Source of the DNA: Nitrospirota bacterium
GTDB lineage: Bacteria; Nitrospirota; UBA9217
DNA: 64,000 nucleotides
Direction of reading: 5' to 3'
Assembly: GCA_963741205.1 (NCBI GenBank)
Contig: CAVUHW010000006.1
Span: forward strand, 32,001-96,000
In this document: in pieces, positions 55,795 through 64,000 of the stretch
Numbering within the stretch: the stretch's first letter is position 1
How the letters are laid out: each line of letters opens with the position of its first letter
Translations under genes and position numbers: made by a program
Notes under the pieces: model-generated
What the model was told of the DNA's origin: nothing
The model's input: only the letters and a program-made list of their open reading frames with translations
Database searches by the model: none

Positions 55795-56674
55795 ATGACT
55801 GCGTCCGTCGTCCCCCAGTTGATCGTGAGCGGGGCGCTGATGGGCCTGGTCTACGCCCTCGTTGCCTACGGGTTCCAGCTCACCTACGCCACGAGCAAGA
55901 GCATCAACTTCGGCCAGGGTGAGCTGGTGATGGTCTCCGCCTTCTTCAGCCTCACCCTGACGAAGCTGGGGCTTCCCTACTGGCTGATGGTGCCCTGGCG
56001 GCCTGCTGTTCGGCGTGCTCCTCGGCCTGTTCGTTGAGCGCGCCGCGGTGCGCCTCGCGCTGGAGCAGAAGAGCGAAGGCTGGATCCTCCTGACGATCAT
56101 CCTCGGGCTTTTCTTCTTTTCCGCGGCGGAGAATATCTGGGGCCGGGACGACCAGCCCTTCCCGACGCCGATCTCTTCCGATGCGATCCAGGTGCTCGGC
56201 ATCAGCATCACTCCCGCTGGAGATCTCCGTGGCAGTGGGCGTCTTCGCCATCATGGGGCTCATCGAGCTGTTCAAGCGCACGACCCTTCTCGGCAAGGCC
56301 TTCGAGGCCGTATCCGCCGACCGCGATGCCGCGGAGCTCATGGGTGTCTCCGCAAGGCGGACGATCATGCTCTCCTACGGCCTGTCCGGCCTGTCCGCGG
56401 CCGTGGCGGGCATCCTCGTTTCCCCGATCACGACAGTGGGGCCGACCATGGCATCGGTCCTTGTGCTCAAGGCCTTCTCCGTCGCGGTCGTGGCCGGGCT
56501 CGAGTCCGGCTTCGGCGTGGTCCTGGTCGGCATGTTTCTCGGGTCGCTCGAAAGCCTGACGAGCTTCTATATCGGCAGCGGCTGGCGCGAAGCGCCCGGC
56601 CTCGTTCTCCTGATCCTTGCCCTTGCTGTCCGCCCCACCGGCGTGTTCGGCAAGGCCGTGATCGGAAGGTCTGA
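55795..56674 (+). CDS. LivH-like ABC permease; frameshifted
   Basis: GLVYALVAYG...INFGQGE, GKAFEAVSADRDAAELMGV, LAVRPTGVFG. Confidence 0.85.
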
Positions 56675-58605
56675 TGGATACGATGTGTGAAGCGACTTTT
56701 TTTCATCCACGGGGCTGAGCTCCTGGTCCTTGTCCTGCTGGCGCCATCCCGCTCGCGGTAAAAAATCCCTTTGCCCTCGGCCTGCTGACGCTCCTGGCCA
56801 TCTACGGGATCCTGCTGATCGGGCTGGACGTGACCGTGGGCTATCTCGGACAGATCAATCTCGCCCAGGCTGCCTTTCTCGGCCTCGGCGCATACACGGC
56901 CGGACTGGCGGTCACCCTCTTTCACTTCGGGATGTTCAGCGCCCTGGCCGCGAGTCTCATGGTTGGTCTCGTGTTCGGCGGGCTGCTTGCGTTTCCGGCC
57001 CTCCGCCTGGAAGGTCCGCAGTTTGCCCTGGCAACGCTCAGCTTTTCCGCGCTGGTCGCAACGTCGCTCAATGAATGGGAATCCGTCACAAACGGGGCCC
57101 AGGGTCTTTCGCTGGTTCGCCCTTCCTTGTTCGGGGTGGTCCTCGCAGCGCAGGGTTTCTACTGGCTCTGCCTGGTCCTTCTGGCCCTGGTCTGGATGGC
57201 GATGCACAATCTGCTGACCTCTCAATGGGGCAGGACATTCGAGGCGCTTCGGGACAGCCCCATCGCCACCGATGCCATGGGAGTCGGTACGTTCCGGCAC
57301 AAGGTGGCGGCCTTCGCCCTCGGTTCCGCACTGGGCGGTCTGGCAGGCGGCCTGTATGCGTTCAACTTTCAGTATCTTCAGCCCCAGAGTTTTGTCTGGG
57401 AGCTGATGGTGATCCTGCTTCTGGGCGTGGTGCTCGGCGGCCGCAAGAGCCTCTGGGGCGCCTTCGTCGGCGCCACCCTGATCGTACTGCTGCCGAATCT
57501 GCTCTCGAACCGGTTTCTGTTCCAGATCTTCGCAGCCGTCGGCCTGCTGATCGCACTGGTCGCCGGCGGCCGGAACTACTGTCCGGAAAACCACGAAGCC
57601 GTTCCAGGCGATCGCGCCGATCGTTGCCATGGGCCTGCTCGTCGTTGTCGCGATCGTCTGTCCAGAACATCGAAGATCTTCGCAGGGCGATCTTCGCCCT
57701 GATGCTGTTCTCGGTGGTGGTGGGGCTTCCCGAAGGGCTCATGGGCTTTGCCGCCAGGTTCCTCTCGAAGCTGTTCCGGATCGCTCCCGCGCCGCTGTCC
57801 GAACCGGCAGCGGCTGGATACGGTACTGCCCGCAAAGAAGGCCGACGGAAGTCCGCTGCTCGAACTCCGGGAATTGAAGCGGAATTTCGGCGGAGTACGG
57901 GCCGTTGACGGCGTTTCCCTCGTGGTGCGGTCCGGCCAGATCCACGGCCTGATCGGCCCGAACGGCTCCGGCAAGAGTACCCTCGTGAATGTCATTTCCG
58001 GACTGTACGCGCCGAGCGGAGGGACCATGCTGCTCAGAGGCAGGCCGCTGCCCACGGGCAGCCTCTTCAAGGCCGCGCGAACAGGGATCTCGCGGACCTT
58101 TCAGAACCTGCAGATCTTTTCGGAGCTGACCGCCCTGGACAACGTCATGGTGGCCATGAAGGGCGTCTACCGGAAGTCCCTGCCGCTGGTGCTGTTCGGT
58201 CTTTCGCGCGGCGAGGAGCGCGCTGCCCAGTCCGGCGCTCTGGCCCTGCTCGAGATGGTCGGGCTGCGGGAAGAGGCGCGTACTCCCGCCAAGGACCTCC
58301 CCTACGGCGCCCAGCGTTTTCTCGAGATCGCCCGGGCCCTGGCTTGCCGGCCCGACCTGTTGATCCTCGACGAACCTGCCGCGGGTCTTGCCCATCCCGA
58401 CGTCAATAAGCTGGTGGAGATCATCGGTCACATACACCGCCTGGGCATCGCAACGATCCTGATCGAGCACCACATGGAAGTGGTGTGCGAGGTCTGCGAC
58501 GTGGTGACGGTCATGGACGGCGGTCTCATCATTGCCGAGGGGACGCCGGAGGATGTGAAGCGCCATCCCAAGGTCATCGCTGCGTATCTGGGAGCGAATG
58601 CGTGA
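56674..58605 (+). CDS. Fused LivM-like permease + LivG-like ATPase; frameshifted
   Basis: GYLGQINLAQAAFLGLGAY, WGRTFEALRDS, LPEGLMG, then FGGVRAVDGV, GPNGSGKST, LILDEPAAG, VIAAYLG. Confidence 0.8.
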
Positions 58606-58633
58606 GACGGGCTGCAAAGGCATTTTCGCAGCG

Positions 58634-58700
58634 ATAACAGGATTGACGGGATTTTCGGATGAAATCTTGTTTATCGCGATTTTAGCCTGCGATCCTGTCA
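58634..58700. repeat. Degenerate inverted element (acaggat / atcctgt family)
   Basis: acaggattgacgggattttcggat...atcttgtttatc...cctgcgatcctgtc. Confidence 0.55.
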
Positions 58701-58741
58701 AGGTTTTATTCCGCTTGTCCGAGTAGGACGGGAAATCGCTT

Positions 58742-59459
58742 ATGCTGATCGTCGACAATCTCCACGCAGGATACGGGGCCAGTGAGGTCCTGGTCGGCGC
58801 CTCTCTCGAGGTGAAGGCAGGGACGCTGGTCGCTTTGATCGGCCCGAACGGCGCCGGCAAGACCACCACCTTGCGCGCCATCTCCGGCATCGTGAAGCCG
58901 ACGAAGGGACGGGTGCTGTTCGACAACAAGCCCGGTGCAGGGGATGGATGCGTCACAAATCGCCAGGCTCGGCCTCGCCCACGTACCGGAAGGGCGGCGG
59001 GTGTTCGGACCGCTGTCCGTCGAGGACAACCTGCTGCTGGGGGGATATCGCCGCCTGCCGCGGTTCTTCGGGTTTCGCAGGAAGGCCGGGCGCGATCTCG
59101 ATCGGGTGTATGAGCTGTTCCCCCGGCTGCGGGAACGGCGCCGCCAGGCTGCCGGAACGCTTTCCGGCGGCGAACAGCAGATGCTTGCGATCGGCCGGGC
59201 CTTGATGGCCGATCCCAAAGTGATCCTGATGGACGAGCCCTCCATGGGGCTGGCGCCGGTCATCGTGGAGGAGGTGTTCGTCACGATCAAGCGCCTGAAG
59301 GAGACCGGCATACCCTTGCTGCTCGTCGAGCAAATGACCAAGAAGGCGTTGGAAGTGGCGGACCACGTCTACGTCATGGAGCACGGAAGGGTTGTCATCC
59401 AGGGGAACCCCGCGGAGCTTCGGAAGAACGAGAGGGTGATCGCGGCATATCTCGGGTGA
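58742..59459 (+). CDS. LivF-like ABC ATPase; frameshift near 58930
   Basis: GPNGAGKTT, VPEGRRVF, LSGGEQQMLAIGRALM, DEPSMGLAP. Confidence 0.9.
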
Positions 59460-59544
59460 CGGGAGGGGCTCCATGCAAGCTCTACCCCTTGTGGGCCCTT
59501 CCTATTTGTGGACAGTACCTCGCAATCGGCAGACCGTAACGGAA

Positions 59545-60507
59545 TCAGCAGCGCGCGGTCAGCACGACCGTGTCTCCGAGGATTTTCACTTTCTCACTCC
59601 TGAACCCGGCCCTCCTGAGCCATGCCTTCATCTCTTCCGTGGAATAGGACCTGCCTGCGGCGGTATTCACGAGCATATTCACCGAGAAGAGCGCTCCGGG
59701 AACCGGGTGAGCCCGGTTTCTCTCCAGGAAAAATTCATGGACCGCGATCCTGCCTTTCGGGTTGAGCGCATTCCTGGATTTTTCAAGGAGGGTGAGACAT
59801 TCGTCCTCGGACATCGAATGAAATATCTGGCTGATGAATACCAGGTCGTATCCCTTTCCGATGTCATCTGCATGAAAATCACCGCTGAACAACTCGATGT
59901 TCTTCCCTTTCGATTCCTTGATAATCTTTTTTGAGACAGCAAGGGTGTCCGGCAGATCAAAGAGTGTGACCGATATTCCATGCCGGGCAAGCTCCATGCT
60001 GTAAGTCCCCGGTCCGCCGCCCAGATCGAGCGCTTTTTTGACGCCGCGAAGGTCGATGCATGAGACGACGGTCTTTGCCCGAAAGACCGCGTTGTTGTGC
60101 ATGGCCCGGATGAAGACCTCGTAGTCGCGGCCTCCCGCGCGGTTCGGCAGTCCAGTCTTAATTACCTCGTCGAGGCCCGACCAGCTCTTCCACAAGGCAT
60201 CCGAATGGCGCAGCATGTCGCCCTGGTACCAGGGGCTTTGTTTTAAGAGAAACTTCTTCGCAGGCGTCTCGTTACGATACTTCTCTCCCGATTTTGTAAG
60301 CAGGCCAAGGGCGGTAACCGCGTCAAGAAGTATCTCCGTTGCCCGCGGGTTCGTGCCGAGCTTCTTGGCGATTTCTGCTGAAGTCTTCGGCGTCTTCAGG
60401 TGCTCAAAGACCTCAAGGTTGTTCGCAGTCAAAATGACGCGCGAGGCGCGGAATCCTCCTGAGAGCCGCGCGAAATCCTGAAGTTGTTGCAGGGATTTGT
60501 TATTCAT
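59545..60507 (-). CDS. SAM-dependent O-methyltransferase (dimerisation domain + class I MTase)
   Basis: N-terminal wHTH, FIRAMH, LDLGGGPGTYS, FDLP, GDF, SQIFH. Confidence 0.9.
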   Translation of the reverse strand: MNNKSLQQLQDFARLSGGFRASRVILTANNLEVFEHLKTPKTSAEIAKKLGTNPRATEILLDAVTALGLLTKSGEKYRNETPAKKFLLKQSPWYQGDMLRHSDALWKSWSGLDEVIKTGLPNRAGGRDYEVFIRAMHNNAVFRAKTVVSCIDLRGVKKALDLGGGPGTYSMELARHGISVTLFDLPDTLAVSKKIIKESKGKNIELFSGDFHADDIGKGYDLVFISQIFHSMSEDECLTLLEKSRNALNPKGRIAVHEFFLERNRAHPVPGALFSVNMLVNTAAGRSYSTEEMKAWLRRAGFRSEKVKILGDTVVLTARC

Positions 60508-60589
60508 GAGGAGCTCCTTTCTTTTTTTATCAAAGGCCATCATATCGTAAAATACAATTAAAAGTCAATGAACCGAAAACTAAAAAAAC

Positions 60590-60619
60590 TTGAAATCGCC
60601 GCTGTTTTGGCCGATAATA
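60590..60619 (+). promoter_or_regulatory. Promoter copy 1 (TTGAAA-N17-GATAAT)
   Basis: ttgaaatcgccgctgttttggccgataata; 28/30 identical to 63241-63270. Confidence 0.7.
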
Positions 60620-60706
60620 CAACCATTCGAGCATGCGTTTATAAAAAGTAAGTACATACGGGAATGCTCGTCGCCGCTCATTTAAACTCGTCCAGAGGAA
60701 CTAAAA

Positions 60707-61394
60707 GTGAAAGTGCACATATTACAGCACGTCCCCTTTGAAGACATCGGAAGCATGGCTTCGTGGCTGGCTGAGCGCGGGGCTGAGGTGAGCTACACCC
60801 GGTTTTTCGAGGGCCCGGGCTCTCCCGCAACTGAAGGGCCTCGATCTTGTCGTCGCCATGGGCGGCCCCATGAGCGTCAACGATGAATCGACTCTGCCGT
60901 GGCTCCGTCAGGAAAAGCAGTTCGTTCGTGATGCAGTGGAGCAAGGCATTCCGATGCTGGGTGTCTGCCTGGGGGCGCAACTCATCGCGAGCGCGCTTGG
61001 GGCGCGGGTCTACCGAAATTCCCTCAAGGAAATCGGATGGTATCCCATCGAGGCAACGCCCGGCGCAGCGGAGACCTTCCGCTTCCCGGACAAATGCACG
61101 GTCTTCCACTGGCACGGCGAGACCTTTGACCTGCCCTCCGGCGCGGTCCGTCTGGCGAGAAGCGCGGCATGTGAGAACCAGGCATTTCAGATAGGGCGGC
61201 ATGCCATCGGCCTGCAGTTCCATCTCGAAACTACTCCGAAGAGCGCCATGGCCATTTTGAATAACTGCGAAGATGAGCTTGTCCCGGGGCCCTACGTCCA
61301 AACCGGATCAGAAATGCGGGAAGTCAAGAACACTGCGTATGCTGAGATCAACAGCCTTATGGCCAAGGTGCTTTCCTATATCACTGGCTCTTAA
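60707..61394 (+). CDS. Type 1 glutamine amidotransferase (GMP synthase-like); frameshift near 60820
   Basis: LQHVPFE, MGGPMSVND, LGVCLGAQL, FHWHGETF, LQFHLE. Confidence 0.9.
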
Positions 61395-61455
61395 GGCTGA
61401 TTGAAATATCTAAAAAAAGTTTGACATCGGAAGCGCAGGGCCTTATCATGACGAC

Positions 61456-61782
61456 ATGCCGTTTAAGTTAAGGCCGATAATACTTCTCCTTACTTTCGCC
61501 CTTCTGATACAGAACACCTGCCCGTTCGGCGCGGCCGGCAAATCAACCGTGGCCCACGCGTGCGGTCACTGCCAGATGAAACACAGTGTCAAGGCCTCTC
61601 CTGTCGGTCAGAAACAACTGCTTTCCGACTCATCATCCGTCCATTTCCCGCTCTACGTCTTCGCCATTCCGAAGACAGTCCATACGTTCCAGCTCAATCC
61701 TGTAAAGTCCGCGCGCCTGATCCTTGCTGATTTTTACCAGGACGCGCTGCCGGACGAACTTTTGAGACCTCCTCGAGCGTAA
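61456..61782 (+). CDS. Small signal-anchor protein with HxCxxC and C-terminal LLRPP (DUF2946/CruR-like leader candidate)
   Basis: TTGACA promoter at 61421; hydrophobic N-terminus; HACGHCQMKH; ends DELLRPPRA. Confidence 0.7.
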   Translation: MPFKLRPIILLLTFALLIQNTCPFGAAGKSTVAHACGHCQMKHSVKASPVGQKQLLSDSSSVHFPLYVFAIPKTVHTFQLNPVKSARLILADFYQDALPDELLRPPRA

Positions 61783-61809
61783 TCCGAAGAAACCAAAATC
61801 CATAATCTT

Positions 61810-61938
61810 CACCACAGAGGGCACAGAGAACGTCCTACGTGAGAGCTGAGGGACGAGGAATGCCGTTTCGTTTCCCGGCACGGATCGTCCATCGTCCCTC
61901 GTCTATCGTCCGTCGTCGACTCTCCGTTGCTCCGTGGG
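61810..61938. repeat. Nested inverted-repeat element (cacagag arms enclosing atcgtcc 7-mer array)
   Basis: caccacagagggcacagag...gagggacgagg...atcgtcc atcgtcc ctcgtct atcgtcc...ctccgttgctccgtgg. Confidence 0.65.
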
Positions 61939-61963
61939 ATTATACTATTTACGGAGGTTACTC

Positions 61964-63172
61964 ATGAATACCAAGAAAACGCTCCTCGGGAGCGCGCTCG
62001 TGCTTTACTTTGTCATCGCCTTTGAAGTGCTGATCATGATCAGCCCCTTTCGCGGGGTTTTTTTACTCTGTCTTTAACCCCGTGCTCCTGAAACTTGCAG
62101 CCCATCCGTCAACACGATGGCTGAGTGCGTTCTACCTGCCGCATATGATCCTGCCGCAGGATGGACTGCTGCAGTTCGTGCGCGTCATGGGATCGGTCCT
62201 GTTCGTCCTGGGCATGGCAATCTTTCTTGTCTGCGCCGCACAGATCTACACGGCCAAGTTCACGAAGAAGGGCGCCGTGCTCGGCGGGCTGTACTCGGTT
62301 ATCCGCCATCCCCAGTATCTCGCGCTCGGAATCGCGGGCCTGGGGCTTTCAATCCTCTGGCCGCGGTTTCTGACCGTGGTTTTGTGGCTTGCCATGGCGT
62401 TCGTTTATTACTTTCTCGCCAAGGACGAAGAGCGCAGGATGCTCCATGCCCATGAAGAAACATACCGGGCCTATATGAAAAAGACCGGGATGTTCCTGCC
62501 GGCGCGGATCGAGAAATTGCTGACGCCGTCATCGCCCGTCTGCAAGGCCATGCTTGCCCTCGTTTTCGTGGCGGTCGTCATCGGCACGGCGTTCCTGCTT
62601 CGGATTTACACGATCAAAAATCTCACGCTCTGGACCAGGGCGCAGAACGTTGCCGGCATCGCCATTCTCCCCGAGGATGGCTTTAAGATGGACCACCGGA
62701 TGGCGGACATCCTCGGCCTGGAAGAAGTGAAACAGCGGAGTCAGGACTCGATAAACACTATCTCGTTTACTTCATTCCGCAGGACTACATCATGCAGGGA
62801 ATGATCGCGGACACCGGAGGGGACTTTAAACTGTTCAACCAACATCACTCCATGGCCATGATAACGGACTGGGTATTCCATCCATTCCGTCATTTGCGGG
62901 AAGGGCACCAGGCCATGCACGCAGGCATGCACGGGGATATGCATGCACAACATCACGGAGATGCGGTTACGGATGGCGGGATGGTTCGGAGGCTCATCTT
63001 CCTTTCCATCGAGAATGTGGACGTAAAAGACCCCCGCCGACCTTTCTGCGTTAACGCCCTGCGCGTGCCTCAGTTCATGGCGGATGTGGACGTGCACAAC
63101 CTGCGGTTGCTTGAGGTCAAGGACCTCGCTCACGGGAGCGGGTGGGGGACGGTGCCGACGCCGGTGTTCTGA
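61964..63172 (+). CDS. Isoprenylcysteine-carboxyl-methyltransferase/PEMT-family membrane protein with His/Met-rich soluble C-terminal domain; frameshifts near 62050 and 62745
   Basis: RBS GGAGG; GLYSVIRHPQY, EERRM...Y.AY.KKTGMFLP; HLREGHQAMHAGMHGDMHAQHHG. Confidence 0.8.
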
Positions 63173-63203
63173 GGTTGGTCGAAAAAAAATGTTCTAGTTC
63201 TCC

Positions 63204-63238
63204 GTGGAGCTTCTTGTTGCGAGGGGCTCCACTTTTTT
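63204..63238 (+). terminator. Intrinsic terminator
   Basis: gtggagcttctt...gaggggctccac followed by tttttt. Confidence 0.85.
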
Positions 63239-63240
63239 AT

Positions 63241-63270
63241 TTGAAATTGTCGCTGTTTTGGCCGATAATA
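63241..63270 (+). promoter_or_regulatory. Promoter copy 2 (TTGAAA-N17-GATAAT)
   Basis: ttgaaattgtcgctgttttggccgataata. Confidence 0.7.
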
Positions 63271-63320
63271 TAAACCGCGGAGGAAGTGCGTCAGGCTGTA
63301 AAGCAGGCGGTTCAAAAACT

Positions 63321-63807
63321 ATGTTTATCGAAGTCTCGACCGAATATCAAATAGAAATCGTCGAAGCCCTGGCCAGGGAAATCTGGACCGAGCATTACAT
63401 TCCCATTATCGGAAAAGAGCAGGTGGATTACATGCTCGCCACGTTCCAGTCCAGACAGGCCATTCGGGAGCAGATAAGGACCGGGGTCGCCTATTTTCTG
63501 ATCCAGGAAGGCGATGCAAGCATCGGCTATATGGCCGTCCAGCCGAAGGGCAGGGAATTATTTTTAAGCAAGATCTATGTAAAGTCTTCGAGACGAGGAT
63601 TGGGGTATGGAAAGAAGGCCGTTCAATTCGCGGAAAAAGTGGCGAAGGGACTCGATTTGAATAAAATTGCTTTGACGGTAAACAAGAACAATGTAAATTC
63701 CATCAAGGCGTATGAGAAGATCGGTTTTAAGAACGTCGGCTCCGCTCGTTCAGGACATCGGCAACGGCTTTGCCATGGACGACTATAAAATGGAGAAAAT
63801 TCTCTGA
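63321..63807 (+). CDS. GNAT N-acetyltransferase; frameshift near 63745
   Basis: LAREIWTEHYIPIIG.EQVDYML, LSKIYV...RGLGYGK, LTVNKNN..SIKAYEKIGF, then DIGNGFAMDDYKMEK. Confidence 0.9.
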
Positions 63808-63906
63808 TTGCATTATCCCCCCGCCATGATCTATAATCTGCCGCGAAAAGGTAGGGAATGCATCTACATTCGGAATGACGACTGAGTAGCAAAGGGAGGT
63901 CCTGTT

Positions 63907-64000
63907 TTGGCAGCCACCTATACCGCAAAAGATATCACCGTTCTCGAAGGCCTGGAGCCTGTCAGAAAACGACCGGCCATGTACATCGGCTCCACGGACG
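63907..64000 (+). CDS. Type IIA topoisomerase B subunit (GyrB/ParE), 5' part only
   Basis: RBS GGGAGG, TTG start, [27 protein letters not shown]. Confidence 0.9.
   Translation, partial: MAATYTAKDITVLEGLEPVRKRPAMYIGSTD

Noticed and set aside
56674-58605. LivM-LivG fusion as a novelty
   Set aside because: Permease-ATPase fusions are common in this ABC family.

Overview
GC-rich bacterial chromosomal window, most likely from a Nitrospirota-like (Thermodesulfovibrionia-type) organism, judging by 16S signatures and gene content. That placement is an inference. Core content: a his cluster (hisC-hisB-hisH-hisA-hisF); a TPR-LolB-like-ispE-spoVG-tRNA-Gln-prs-rplY-pth-ychF cluster; adk, ribF and tyrS; a complete rRNA operon (16S-tRNA-Ile-tRNA-Ala-23S-5S); a Liv-type ABC transporter; two-component and ECF sigma modules; and the start of a gyrB/parE gene. 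Many genes, including essential ones, are split by single-base frameshifts, which points to uncorrected long-read indel errors. No CRISPR array, integrase or transposase is visible. The most notable unexplained signals are: (i) a set of short 7/9/10-nt-periodic inverted-repeat elements in intergenic DNA, in all three non-tRNA segments of the rRNA spacer, and inside hisF/hisH coding loops; (ii) a CxxC/RPP leader-type ORF upstream of a His/Met-rich membrane methyltransferase, inside a 2.6-kb segment bounded by a duplicated promoter; (iii) an unannotated 25-aa CxxxC/Lys-rich peptide gene; (iv) a secreted Pro/Phe-repeat peptide; (v) an ArsB/Lsi2-like transporter fused to DUF192; (vi) a structured 5' leader before an aminotransferase; and (vii) several gene remnants (ChaN, DsrE2, VapC).
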